From Octopus sinensis (Eukaryota): a DNA stretch of 64,000 bases. Location of the stretch: contig NC_043000.1 in assembly GCF_006345805.1 (NCBI RefSeq), positions 60,636,001 to 60,700,000 on the forward strand, in the 5' to 3' direction. The translations under genes and the position numbers were made by a program. Below, in pieces: positions 12,941 through 26,594 of this stretch (position 1 is the stretch's first letter; each line of letters starts with the position of its first letter). The notes beneath the pieces were generated by a model, which had not been told where the DNA came from, did no database searches, and was given only the letters and a program-made list of their open reading frames with translations.

Positions 12941-15052
12941 CATACCACCTAATAAACACAAAGAAGAAGAAGAAGATGATGAAGAAACAACAAAAGCTAT
13001 AAAACAAATGAAATCCAAACTAAAAATAGAACAGCAACGAGCCATGATAAAACGATGGCAAGAAAAACCCCTTCATGGTAAATACTGCACTAAACTAAAC
13101 GCAAAAGAAATAGACAAAGAAAAATCCCAGCAATGGTTGAGAAGCTCAGGACTCAAAGCAGAAACAGAGGATTTTTAATTGCAGCACAAGACCAAAGCCT
13201 CCCCACCAGAAATTACCAAAAACATGTAATGAAAAGAAATATTACAAGTAACTGCAGAATATGTGGAGATGGACAAGAAACAATAAATCATATTATCTCT
13301 AGCTGCCCAGTCCTGGCTAAGAAGGAATATATTCACAGACATGACAGAGTTGGAACCTACATAAAAAAAGACTCCGCCGGTTACGACGACGAGGGTCCCA
13401 GCTGATACGATCAACGGAACAGCTTGCTCGTGAAATTAACGTGCAAATGGCTGAGCATTCCACAGACACGTGTACCCTTAACGTAGTTCTCGGGGATAAT
13501 CAGCGTGACACAGAGAGTGACAAGGCTGACCCTTTGAAATACAAGTACAACTCATTTTTGCCAGCTGAGTGGACTGGAGCAACGTGAAATAAAGTGTCTT
13601 GCTCAAGGACACAACGCGTCGCCGGGAATCGAACTCACAACCTTACGATCATGAGCCGAATGCCCTAACCACTAAGCCACGCGCCCTCACGGAACCTACA
13701 TACATTGGAAGCTATGCCAACATTATGGAATAACAACAGAAAAAAGATGGTATAGGCACACACCAGAAAAGGTCACAGAAAACGAGAAAGCAACCATACT
13801 CTGGGATATGCCGATACACACAGATAGAGAAATTAAGGCCAACAGACCAGATATAGTTGTCAGAGATCATGAAGAAAAAAAATGCTTTCTAATTGATGTA
13901 TCAATACCGGCAGATGACAACGATTCTCTAAAAGAAATGGAGAAACTCTCAAAATACAAAGACCTGGAAATAGAGGTAACTAGAATGTGGAACCTGAAAA
14001 CAGAAACAATTCCTATCATAGTAGGTGCATTAGGCATGATAAAAAAATATTCAGATAAATACATAACAAAAACACCAGGACTTACAAACACATATAACAT
14101 ACAGAAAATTGCACTACTAGGCACTGCACACATCCTACGCAGAACACTTTCCATACAATAACCATCAGAACATCACAACAAATCACAGCACATACCCAAG
14201 GCACACAGAGCTGCGCTCGGTAGTGAAGTGAAAGCACGCTATAAAAATAAAACTACTGAATAATAATAATAACATTGAAAAAATACTTTAGGAATGAGAA
14301 CCTAGGTTCGAAATTTCCCCCAAGACACCTGAAGAAGACTGGAGGGTATATCAAACGTGTTAACAACAAACAAGTTGAATGTAAATAATGCATCCTCTTC
14401 AGTTTTCAATTTCTGAATGATATACAAAAGGCAGAATATACAACAGCTTGACTTGTTACTATGGAAACAGACACCTATATGTCTGTGGCTTTCGATTGAT
14501 TAAGTTTACCCCAAATTTGTAAGCTTTAAAAGTTATTAACTTTTTATTCATTAATTTAAGGCAAAAGGAATTTCGATTCCATAAGTAGCATAGAAAACTA
14601 CATCAATACACAAAATTCACTCAAACTGGAAAATCGGCAATAAAAAACCTCTACATTTGAATTTTTCAACGGAAAAAATTTTGTGCACTGTATGTAACAG
14701 TAATTGAGACGACTGAGCATCAATATTCATTCAGGATTTGTGGAAGGTTCGTTGTTCGAAGGTGTACTTGATCTTCACTATATGCACGGCATTCAATCAC
14801 TTTGTAAGATGGCTTCCGAGTGCGAATAGTTATTACAACGGTGTGTACGATGTCGTCAGTTTTTGCGGTTCGGTCAAGGTCACCGGTTTTTGTTCGAAGG
14901 TTTAGGGTCTCTCTTGGTTTTACTAAGAAATACTGTAAGCACAAACACAAATCACGTAAGCATTTCCATCTCTACACATATACACACTCCTGTTTATAGA
15001 AGCCACTCACAAGCAAAACAAACACTGATCACACAGTATTTCAATTACTTAA

Positions 15053-15094
<42 letters not shown>

Positions 15095-17228
15095 TCGTTC
15101 GTTCATACCACCTAATAAACACAAAGAAGAAGAAGAAGATGATGAAGAAACAACAAAAGCTATAAAACAAATGAAATCCAAACTAAAAATAGAACAGCAA
15201 CGAGCCATGATAAAACGATGGCAAGAAAAACCCTTCATGGTAAATACTGCACTAAACTAAACGCAAAAGAAATAGACAAAGAAAAATCCCAGCAATGGTT
15301 GAGAAGCTCAGGACTCAAAGCAGAAACAGAGGGATTTTTAATTGCAGCACAAGACCAAAGCCTCCCCACCAGAAATTACCAAAAAATGTAATGAAAAGAA
15401 ATATTACAAGTAACTGCAGAATATGTGGAGATGGACAAGAAACAATAAATCATATTATCTCTAGCTGCCCAGTCCTGGCTAAGAAGGAATATATTCACAG
15501 ACATGACAGAGTTGGAACCTACATAAAAAAAGACTCCGCCGGTTACGACGACGAGGGTCCCAGCTGATACGATCAACGGAACAGCTTGCTCGTGAAATTA
15601 ACGTGCAAATGGCTGAGCATTCCACAGACACGTGTACCCTTAACGTAGTTCTCGGGGATAATCAGCGTGACACAGAGAGTGACAAGGCTGACCCTTTGAA
15701 ATACAAGTACAACTCATTTTTGCCAGCTGAGTGGACTGGAGCAACGTGAAATAAAGTGTCTTGCTCAAGGACACAACGCGTCGCCGGGAATCGAACTCAC
15801 AACCTTACGATCATGAGCCGAATGCCCTAACCACTAAGCCACGCGCCCTCACGGAACCTACATACATTGGAAGCTATGCCAACATTATGGAATAACAACA
15901 GAAAAAAGATGGTATAGGCACACACCAGAAAAGGTCACAGAAAACGAGAAAGCAACCATACTCTGGGATATGCCGATACACACAGATAGAGAAATTAAGG
16001 CCAACAGACCAGATATAGTTGTCAGAGATCATGAAGAAAAAAAATGCTTTCTAATTGATGTATCAATACCGGCAGATGACAACGATTCTCTAAAGAATGA
16101 AAGGAGAAACTCTCAAAATACAAAGACCTGGAAATAGAGGTAACTAGAATGTGGAACCTGAAAACAGAAACAATTCCTATCATAGTAGGTGCATTAGGCA
16201 TGATAAAAAAATATTCAGATAAATACATAACAAAAACACCAGGACTTACAAACACATATAACATACAGAAAATTGCACTACTAGGCACTGCACACATCCT
16301 ACGCAGAACACTTTCCATACAATAACCATCAGAACATCACAACAAATCACAGCACATACCCAAGGCACACAGAGCTGCGCTCGGTAGTGAAGTGAAAGCA
16401 CGCTATAAAAATAAAACTACTGAATAATAATAATAACATTGAAAAAATACTTTAGGAATGAGAACCTAGGTTCGAAATTTCCCCCAAGACACCTGAAGAA
16501 GACTGGAGGGTATATCAAACGTGTTAAAACAAACAAGTTGAATGTAAATAATGCATCCTCTTCAGTTTTCAATTTCTGAATGATATACAAAAGGCAGATA
16601 TACAACAGCTTGACTTGTTACTATGGAAACAGACACCTATATGTCTGTGGCTTTCGATTGATTAAGTTTACCCCAAATTTGTAAGCTTTAAAAGTTATTA
16701 ACTTTTTATTCATTAATTTAAGGCAAAAAGGAATTTCGATTCCATAAGTAGCATAGAAAACTACATCAATACACAAAATTCACTCAAACTGGAAAATCGG
16801 CAATAAAAAACTACATTTGAATTTTTCAACGGAAAAAATTTTGTGCACTGTATGTAACAGTAATTGAGACGACTGAGCATCAATATTCATTCAGGATTTG
16901 TGGAAGGTTCGTTGTTCGAAGGTGTACTTGATCTTCACTATATGCACGGCATTCAATCACTTTGTAAGATGGCTTCCGAGTGCGAATAGTTATTACAACG
17001 GTGTGTACGATGTCGTCAGTTTTTGCGGTTCGGTCAAGGTCACCGGTTTTTGTTCGAAGGTTTAGGGTCTCTCTTGGTTTTACTAAGAAATACTGTAAGC
17101 ACAAACACAAATCACGTAAGCATTTCCATCTCTACACATATACACACTCCTGTTTATAGAAGCCACTCACAAGCAAAACAAACACTGATCACACAGTATT
17201 TCAATTACTTAAATTAATAATAATAATA

Positions 17229-17259
<31 letters not shown>

Positions 17260-19383
17260 TCGTTCGTTCATACCACCTAATAAACAAAGAAGAAGAAGAA
17301 GAAGATGAAGAAGAAACAACAAAAGCTATAAAACAAATGAAATCCAAACTAAAAATAGAACAGCAACGAGCCATGATAAAACGATGGCAAGAAAAAACCC
17401 CTTCATGGTAAATACTGCACTAAACTAAACGCAAAAGAAATAGACAAAGAAAAATCCCAGCAATGGTTGAGAAGCTCAGGACTCAAAGCAGAAACAGAGG
17501 GATTTTTAATTGCAGCACAAGACCAAAGCCTCCCCACCAGAAATTACCAAAAACATGTAATGAAAAGAAATATTACAAGTAACTGCAGAATATGTGGAGA
17601 TGGACAAGAAACAATAAATCATATTATCTCTAGCTGCCCAGTCCTGGCTAAGAAGGAATATATTCACAGACATGACAGAGTTGGAACCTACATAAAAAAA
17701 GACTCCGCCGGTTACGACGACGAGGGTCCCAGCTGATACGATCAACGGAACAGCTTGCTCGTGAAATTAACGTGCAAATGGCTGAGCATTCCACAGACAC
17801 GTGTACCCTTAACGTAGTTCTCGGGGATAATCAGCGTGACACAGAGAGTGACAAGGCTGACCCTTTGAAATACAAGTACAACTCATTTTTGCCAGCTGAG
17901 TGGACTGGAGCAACGTGAAATAAAGTGTCTTGCTCAAGGACACAACGCGTCGCCGGGAATCGAACTCACAACCTTACGATCATGAGCCGAATGCCCTAAC
18001 CACTAAGCCACGCGCCCTCACGGAACCTACATACATTGGAAGCTATGCCAACATTATGGAATAACAACAGAAAAAAATGGTATAGGCACACACCAGAAAA
18101 GGTCACAGAAAACGAGAAAGCAACCATACTCTGGGATATGCCGATACACACAGATAGAGAAATTAAGGCCAACAGACCAGATATAGTTGTCAGAGATCAT
18201 GAAGAAAAAAAATGCTTTCTAATTGATGTATCAATACCGGCAGATGACAACGATTCTCTAAAAGAAATGGAGAAACTCTCAAAATACAAAGACCTGGAAA
18301 TAGAGGTAACTAGAATGTGGAACCTGAAAACAGAAACAATTCCTATCATAGTAGGTGCATTAGGCATGATAAAAAAATATTCAGATAAATACATAACAAA
18401 AACACCAGGACTTACAAACACATATAACATACAGAAAATTGCACTACTAGGCACTGCACACATCCTACGCAGAACACTTTCCATACAATAACCATCAGAG
18501 CATCACAACAAATCACAGCACATACCCAAGGCACACAGAGCTGCGCTCGGTAGTGAAGTGAAAGCACGCTATAAAAATAAAACTACTGAATAATAATAAT
18601 AACATTGAAAAAATACTTTAGGAATGAGAACCCAGGTTCGAAATTTCCCCCAAGACACCTGAAGAAGACTGGAGGGTATATCAAACGTGTTAACAACAAA
18701 CAAGTTGAATGTAAATAATGCATCCTCTTCAGTTTTCAATTTCTGAATGATATACAAAAGGCAGAATATACAACAGCTTGACTTGTTACTATGGAAACAG
18801 ACACCTATATGTCTGTGGCTTTCGATTGATTAAGTTTACCCCAAATTTGTAAGCTTTAAAAGTTATTAACTTTTTATTCATTAATTTAAGGCAAAAAGGA
18901 ATTTCGATTCCATAAGTAGCATAGAAAACTACATCAATACACAAAATTCACTCAAACTGGAAAATCGGCAATAAAAAACCTCTACATTTGAATTTTTCAA
19001 CGGAAAAAATTTTGTGCACTGTATGTAACAGTAATTGAGACGACTGAGCATCAATATTCATTCAGGATTTGTGGAAGGTTCGTTGTTCGAAGGTGTACTT
19101 GATCTTCACTATATGCACGGCATTCAATCACTTTGTAAGATGGCTTCCGAGTGCGAATAGTTATTACAACGGTGTGTACGATGTCGTCAGTTTTTGCGGT
19201 TCGGTCAAGGTCACCGGTTTTTGTTCGAAGGTTTAGGGTCTCTCTTGGTTTTACTAAGAAATACTGTAAGCACAAACACAAATCACGTAAGCATTTCCAT
19301 CTCTACACATATACACACTCCTGTTTATAGAAGCCACTCACAAGCAAAACAAACACTGATCACACAGTATTTCAATTACTTAA

Positions 19384-19434
<51 letters not shown>

Positions 19435-19787
19435 TCGTTCGTTCATACCACCTAATAAACACAAAGAAGAAGAAGAAGATGATGAAGAAACAACAAAAGC
19501 TATAAAACAAATGAAATCCAAACTAAAAATAGAACAGCAACGAGCCATGATAAAACGATGGCAAGAAAAACCCCTTCATGGTAAATACTGCACTAAACTA
19601 AACGCAAAAGAAATAGACAAAGAAAAATCCCAGCAATGGTTGAGAAGCTCAGGACTCAAAGCAGAAACAGAGGGATTTTTAATTGCAGCACAAGACCAAA
19701 GCCTCCCCACCAGAAATTACCAAAAACATGTAATGAAAAGAAATATTACAAGTAACTGCAGAATATGTGGAGATGGACAAGAAACAA
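12941..19787 (+). repeat. Tandem array: three ~2.16-kb units plus a 344-bp partial unit (Dong 3' end + SINE + flank + (TAA)n)
   Basis: CATACCACCTAATAAAC starts at 12941, 15104, 17269 and 19444; units are near-identical; homology stops at 19787. Confidence 0.95.
13364..13690 (-). mobile_element. tRNA-derived SINE inserted in Dong ORF with 12-bp TSD
   Basis: TSD GGAACCTACATA at 13352-13363 and 13691-13702; removal restores HDRVGTYIHW. A-box TGGCTTAGTGG, B-box GAGTTCGATTCC. Repeated at 15526-15852 and 17695-18021. Confidence 0.95.
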
Positions 19788-21149
19788 GGGCTAACAAAAA
19801 TCAATTAAAATATAAAGGGATAAAACAAGACGAAAGTTACAAAGGGTTTTGTCCGTTTGAAAAAGTCCGTGTACAAAAGCAGGATAACAACGAAATGTAA
19901 GTAACAATTAAAACTCCCAATAGGGGTGGCGCTTTGAAAGGTTACTCGTGGAAAAACTCATAAAAGCCACGGGAGCCTGGTCAAAAGAAGGGTAGAGAGC
20001 CCCTTTCTCCTTTTATATTTCCTTTTAATTTTAATAATAATTGGTGTTGACAAGGATGATGAAGATTATTCTCCGTTGCTGCCCTCAAACTTTTGCAAAA
20101 AGCCGTAATGGCTAGCTTAAATCCCGTGGCAAGAGCTGCAAGCACGGAGGTAGCAGTGAAAGAAACAGTTTAAAAAAAAAAAAAAAAGAACTGACGTGAC
20201 GCTTATGAATGTCGGTGCTTATACATTGCTTTTGTATCCTATAATCTTAGTAACTTTTATTCCTTTTCCTTCTTTCCCACTTTCACCACTTCTTTTTTTA
20301 AACTTTTGTAATTTTCTTCAGTTCCTTTTCGTATTTTAGTGTTTACTTATTTCTTGATCCCCCCCCCTGCTGTTTAATTCTGCTACACCTCAAATTCTTC
20401 AGTTCCATTTTCTCTCCAATGTTTTAATGCCTCCACTTTTCTATTATCGCACTTCTGCTACACGATGGCCTCGCTGGACTTTGCATTGGCGGTCTGTTGA
20501 AGGGGAGGAAAAACAAAGTAAGATTAATCAAGAACTCCCAAGCTATGCAACGAGTAACCAAGGGACCGGCATGGTTAAACGATTTCGTCATACCCTACCA
20601 GCTTTCGTCCTCTTGTTCCCTACCTCTTCCGAGTTAACACGTATCTCTCCCCTAAGCCCTTCCATCGTCAGATTCAGCTGGTATTAGTCCTGATTGTCCC
20701 TTTAATTACCTCACAACTCCCGTAATAGTTAGCCACCGCCATCACTTCCTGCACCTCAGCCGAACCACACCGCCAGTATTAATGCCCTTCATTCAGTTCC
20801 CCTCTCTACCTCCATCACTAACCTTTTCCCACCTCCCCTTATTCACCCCCACTAATCCCGTTAAAGTCAGCCTACCTGCATCGCCTCCTGCACCCTATCC
20901 GAATCCCACCACCAGAGTTAATGTTGTTCATTCAGCTACCCCACCCCACCTCCAGCGACATTCTTCCCTCACTACCACCCTCTCTTCGTCTGAATTCTAA
21001 TTCTAACGCTGACCCCACTGATACTACCAGTTCACCTCCAAGTTGTATTCTCTACACCTGTTTCAAGTCGCTATTACTAAGTTTCAGGTCGAAGGTTTTT
21101 TCTAACTGGAAAATGCAGCCGATATCACTTCAGCTCTGACATCCTTAGT

Positions 21150-23600
21150 AGGACAGAACCTTACCTTGAAGTCCAGATCCCTGTTGAAAATTTTGCCGCT
21201 GCCTTCCAGGGTTTGTCCAAGCCGAAGCTCGCCAAATTAGATCTCTAAGGGTGCTCGGACTTGTTTCGCCCGTGTTCTCTCGAAACTGTTGAAGAACGTC
21301 TGCTTATCCAACAACATCTCGGATTGGCAGAAACTGTTCCTGTTCCGTTTGGTCTCTCTCCACATAACGAATGGGAATAGTGGATCCCTCACTTCTTCCC
21401 TGAAACGGCAGTTCGGGCTGTTCGAATCTACCCCAACCACTGTTTATCTCAACCCCGAACAATGGTCGACTACCTAACTTAAAGAAGGCTGTTAATGCAA
21501 AATTCAGCGAATTTGACATTAAAGGGGCTGTTCGCCTTCTTTCCTCTCTGTCCTCCCTCGTCCTGTGTACCACAGATTCCCTCAACCAACTGAAGGAGAA
21601 ACATCTTCCGGCCCCTCCAGATGATTACCTACACTGGCCGGACCCACTAAGTTTTCTACAACCCGTCTTCACTCCTGACAATACCCGGAGAGCAATTTCC
21701 TCTTTCCCGGCGGGTTCTGGCGATGGGATCGATGGCTTACGACCTCAGCATCTCAAGGATGGTATCTCCCTGTCAGCTGGTGATGCTGGGCTCGAACTCT
21801 TGGAGAACCAAATACAGTTCATAAACTTGTTCTCTGTCGAGAGTGCCCTTACCTACATTAGTCCTCTGTTCTGTGGCGCCAAATATTTGGTCTCACCAAA
21901 CCCAACGGTGACCTCCGTACCATAGCAGTTGGTTATATTCTGCGACGGCTCACAGCAAAAGTGTACCTATCCTCAGTTTCTAACTGCCTGACTAAGGAAT
22001 TTTCTCCTATTCAACTAGTGGGTACTAAGCCAGGTTGTGAGACTCATGCCATCAGGACTTTCTCCAACCTGCCCCCTGAGTCCCCAAAGGTCATCCTCAA
22101 CTAGATCTTGAGAATCCTTTTTAACTCCATCAGTCGAGACATCATCCTCTGCGCACTGAGCCCTCCTACCTCTCGTTTGGTGACCACCTCATTCCATCTG
22201 CCTCTGAAGTCCAACAGGGTGATCCACTTTGTCCAGCCTTATTCGCATTGGATATTGATAATGTCACCAAGATGGGAGCCGACCTAGACCTAAATGTCTG
22301 GTACCCCGATGATGCTTGCTTGAGAGGTCGTAGAGATCTTAGCGTTAACAGCTCCAAATGCGAGCTCTGGCTTCTCAACCACCCAGCTTTCGCATGAGCA
22401 GACTACTAGACTATTTGTAGACACCCTCCCCCCAATCGCGATTCTTCTTTCATCAGCGTGGTACTCCCTTGGAACCCCAATTACTGACCTAGCTTTCGAG
22501 TCCATCTTTAGATCCGAATTAGCTAACCTCGAACAACTTTTAAAAAACCTTGAAGTAACTGAGCCCATTCAAGGATTTTTTATACTTAAGAATTATTTGT
22601 CAATTCCTAAGCTATTGTATTTTCTGAGAGTTAGTCCCTCTTACAGATTCTAGTTGTCCCTCCAATACTTTGACGACCTAATCTTCAGGAAACTCAAATA
22701 CTTGGTCAATGTCAAACTCTCCCCAGACTTCCGCGAGCAAGCTGCTTTGACCTAATGGTCTGGGATGTCTAGGTTTGCGCAAGTGCTCGTCTTTATCTCT
22801 TCCATGTTTTCTTTCCTCCATCCACGCTAGCTTCCCTTTGGTAGGCAACATCCTCTCCTCTCCAACAAGGACTAATTCCAACAGGGAGATGGATGAAGCT
22901 CTATCACAGTGGAGAGAGCTGGGTTTGTTAGTTCCGGTTACAGTGGAGGATTGACAGAAATAGAGAGTATGGGACAATCTGCCTTCAGGTGTCACTTTCA
23001 ACTCTCTCCTTGATCAATCTGAACTTCGCATTTCCATCGCACTCAGAGTGGGAACTGACGTCTATAGGTCTGCCGCTGTGGTAGGCCCCTCGAACCCACA
23101 GGTCTTCGCAGTCTGTCTTGCAGCCTAAATGCTGGTCGCTTCGCTCGTCACACTGAGCTAAACCTAATCATTAAGCGGGCCCTGGCTCGAATTAATATCG
23201 CCTCCGTTCTGGCGCCGCCAGGGTTATCCAGAAGTGATTGAAAGAGACCAGATGATCTTACCCTCTGTCCCTGGGTAGAGGTAGGTGCCTCATTTGGGAC
23301 ACCACAGTCTGCGATTCCTTTGCTGGAACCTGCAGTTAATAAGGTCACTGCTTCCATAGCCGAACGGAAATGAACCCTGAAGTAATGGCTGAACTATCAC
23401 TTCCAACTCGTGGCGTTTGAGACGTTCGGAGGGAGTGGGCCACTAACCGTGAAGTTCTTGTCAACGTTATCAGCCTGCCTCACCCAAGTGTCTGGTGATG
23501 CCGACGAGGGCGCTTGGCTTTCCTAACGCATTTGCCTCGCCATCGCCCGTGATAATGCTGCGAGCGTGCTGGCTTGCTTCAGTAGGTTCCGTTAAACTTT
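21150..23600 (+). mobile_element. CRE-clade non-LTR retrotransposon, decayed (RT plus REL endonuclease)
   Basis: KGARTCFARVLSKLL..WQKLFLF; FDIKGAVRLLSS; SFPAGSG..DGLRPQHLKD; KPNGDLRTIAVG; QQGDPL; WYPDDA; RHTELNLIIKRAL..KRPDDLTLCPW..WDTTVCDS; NAASVL. Many stops and frameshifts. The pyrimidine-rich 20200-21150 may be its 5' part. Confidence 0.88.
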
Positions 23601-25029
23601 GTAGTGAGCGACTAGTAGCTGTGATAGAAAAATTCCCCACAAATGGTTTCAATACAGTTTCAACATAAACATTTAGAAGAATTAGGTGAAAGTTATCTGG
23701 TAATTGTCTTTCATGTAAATAAATGTTTATGTTAATTTTTCTTCTTCTGACTGGGGTATTCTCAACGCAACAGTAAAGATGGGGTGAGTCTGGTATTTAA
23801 TAGTTATTCCCCTATGACACCCCAATAAAGCAAAATTGTGTAAATAAATATGAAATTGAATTATGTCTAAAGTTAGTTTCAACATTTTTCTCTGTCAGAC
23901 CTGTTCAACAAGTTTTAAACTTACATAAACCCTTTCTTATGCTTTGGTGGGAATAATGTAGTTGGGTGAGATTTTTCTTTATTATTGCCAATGACTTTGA
24001 AATTGCGGTTTCTTTGTTATTTGAATTAGCGAAAAATCAGCGGCCGAAAACTACGTATAATCTTTTATTTAAAAGTAAATTTGCGATATCTATTTCTAGA
24101 ACCAATGTTCCAATATCCTGTCTATATATAAACCGAATAGAAGTAGTTTACATACATACTTTACAAATTAAAAGATCGTGAGATTTAAAGCGTTGAAAGT
24201 CTAAAATCAGGCACTGGCTGCAGTAAGTTTTCTTTATGTAATGTGTAAAAAGTGTGTTCAATATATAATAACATTGATATTTGTCTCTAATTCTAAATAT
24301 TAACGCAGTTGTTGAAGATGAGTGAAACATTACAAATATTGATTTATAGCCATGAAAAATCTTAGTAACATCTTTAGTTCGGGCAAGAATAGAAACTTAT
24401 GAGTGTCATACTTTAACCAAGAATATTATTTCGGTGGCATCCTTCCGATATAGATATTTTATTTGTCATTCCTGATGGCGTGTTCGGTAAAATCCTTAAA
24501 AAGATTTTATGCATTTATTTTTTGTTTTGATATACCACACACGCTTTGATGTTCAAGACCGACGCTCATTCTCTTGACAGCTACTGTCACTGACACACTC
24601 TCACACACAAACACTAACGTAGTCATTCACACACACAGTTATCTACACACATACACAAACATATACATAAATCTGTTTTATGTTCATGTATTTTTTAAAA
24701 TATTAAGCATCAGTAACCCCCCCCCCCCAGTGGCTAGCCACATTCAGATGGCTAATACCCCTTACGTTATTATACTTAATTTTTATGTAATTGTTTGGTA
24801 CTTTTTGGTTATCTCACCCCCATTAAAAAAATGGAGTCATCTACCCACTAAAAATGTTGGTTATTCCTATATATAAAAACCATCACTTTTTTCAAGTGAG
24901 CAGATTAAAAAAGTTAGAGCCTTTTGATTCAATACTTCAACACACTGTTGACTTTTGGCCTCCTCAACAGGCATTCAGTAAGATGTTTAATTTTTGTTTT
25001 TCCTATGATTTGTTACAGAAATATTATCA

Positions 25030-25460
25030 GATTCGGCGATCTTTCGTCTCTAGTAGACCTTTCCGTCGATTTCCGTAAAAAAAGTTTTTTTTTTTTACAC
25101 ATGGGCTTGCGGGAACTTTTGAAGTAATATACATACATATACACATACACCGAGTAAAAAATTTCAGTTATCTCTTTCTTTCACACATTACTCTGTCTCT
25201 TCACACACTAACAGAAGCACTTCACTTACACAACATACTGTCTGTCTCCCACACCCCATCAAACACACACACACATGTACATCAATGCGTCCCATGCACG
25301 GTAACTTCAAAAGAATTTCCCTCATACAATCGCTTTCTCTTAGTCTCTTTCGCTCTCATTACTTCAAAAGTTCCCGCAAGCCCATATGTAAAAAAAAAAA
25401 AAAATTTTACGGAAATCGACGGAAAGGTCTACTAGAGACGAAAGATTGCCTCAGATTCAA
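25030..25460. repeat. Fold-back: ~100-bp inverted arms flanking a segment paralogous to 10140-10640
   Basis: 25030-25128 is the reverse complement of about 25357-25455 (TCTTTCGTCTCTAGTAGACCTTTCCGTCGATTTCCGTAA..GGGCTTGCGGGAACTTTTGAAGTAAT). Confidence 0.85.
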
Positions 25461-25494
25461 TACGATGTTTCATCTTTTCGCTTTTCGTGTTTAG

Positions 25495-25700
25495 TGTGTG
25501 CGAATTGCGTAGCTGGGCGAAATGTGTAGCTGTATTTCGTCTGCCGTTACGTTCTGAGTTCAAAATCCGCCGAGGTCGACTTTGCCTTTCATCCTTTCAG
25601 GGTCGATAAATTAAGTACCAGTTACGCACCGGGGTCGACGTAGTCCGTTTGTCTGCCCTTGTTTGTCCCTTCCGTGTTTAGCCTCTTGTGGGTAGTAAAG

Positions 25701-25705
<5 letters not shown>
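25495..25705 (+). mobile_element. SINE with Nin/Meta-like core
   Basis: CTGGGCGAAATG..GAGTTCAAAATCC (B-box) followed by GTCGACTTTGCCTTTCATCCTTTCAGGGTCGATAAATTAAGTACC. Confidence 0.8.
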
Positions 25706-25758
<53 letters not shown>

Positions 25759-25905
25759 TATATATATAGTTTGATTTGAAAACCCCACTAGAATGGGAGA
25801 AAGCGCTCATGATCTAAGTGATATGATATATATATAAAATGTAATATACAAATAAATATCTGTAAATATAAACCATCCGATTTTCTGAGTACCTCATTTC
25901 TTCTA

Positions 25906-25951
<46 letters not shown>

Positions 25952-25954
25952 TTA

Positions 25955-26369
25955 ACGCAGGTGTTATTCAGATTCTTTTACTTCCGACACGTTTTGAAGA
26001 TATCACTGATATTATTCCAAAGGAATAAAATGGTATAAAGCAATGTAATCTCTTCAGGGAAGTGAAAAAATGAAACTCGTCAATAAGACATTTTAACAGA
26101 AAATGACGGATAACTGAACGCTATTAATATTGTTTCAAAAAAACGTTATAGGATAGAATGTTTTTTTGAAATAATATTAATAGCGTTTAGTTAATCACTA
26201 TACATATCCATCATTTTCTGTTAAAATGTCTTATTGACGAGTTTCATTTCTTCACTTCCCTGAAGAGAAGATTACATTGTTTTACAGCATTTTATTCCTT
26301 TGGAATAATATCAGTGATATCTTCGAAACATATGTCGGAAATAAAAGAATTTGAATAACACCTGCGTTT
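25955..26369. repeat. ~415-bp palindrome made of two inverted hammerhead-bearing (Penelope pLTR-like) arms
   Basis: AACGCAGGTGTTATTCA..TGAATAACACCTGCGTT with arms of about 200 bp and a centre near 26150. Confidence 0.85.
26256..26340 (+). ncRNA. Minimal type-I hammerhead ribozyme, apparently intact
   Basis: TTCC|CTGAAGA|GAAGAT..ATCTTC|GAAAC|ATAT|GTC|GGAA: stem I 4 bp, stem II 6 bp plus extension, palindromic ACATATGT stem III, GUC triplet with predicted cleavage after 26336. Confidence 0.8.
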
Positions 26370-26543
26370 GACTCCATTTATTTATATATATTTATTTATA
26401 CAAAAAATTTCACGTAAACTTGAAGCTTCTACCTTTAAAAACAAGGAGTTACAACCTTTTTACTTGTGTGATTTTTTGCTACCCTGGTAACTATTTATTT
26501 ATTTTTTTCTGTGTTAATTGTTTACAAGGGAAAAATACTCACA

Positions 26544-26589
<46 letters not shown>

Positions 26590-26594
<5 letters not shown>

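Larger units (their letters stand above)
11174..14272 (+). mobile_element. R4/Dong-clade non-LTR retrotransposon, 5'-truncated
   Basis: RT motifs, CCHC finger (CRICG..ETINHIISSC), REL endonuclease (NRPDIVV..LIDVSIP..EKLSKY) and (TAA)n tail. Its 5' end abuts a (TAA)n tract, the known Dong target type. Confidence 0.93.

Noticed and set aside
14720-14950. 76-aa ORF and splice-like signals (CAG at 14734, GTAAGC at 14936) repeated in each tandem unit
   Set aside because: No recognisable motif, stops in all + frames across the putative exon, and apparent conservation is due only to recent duplication.
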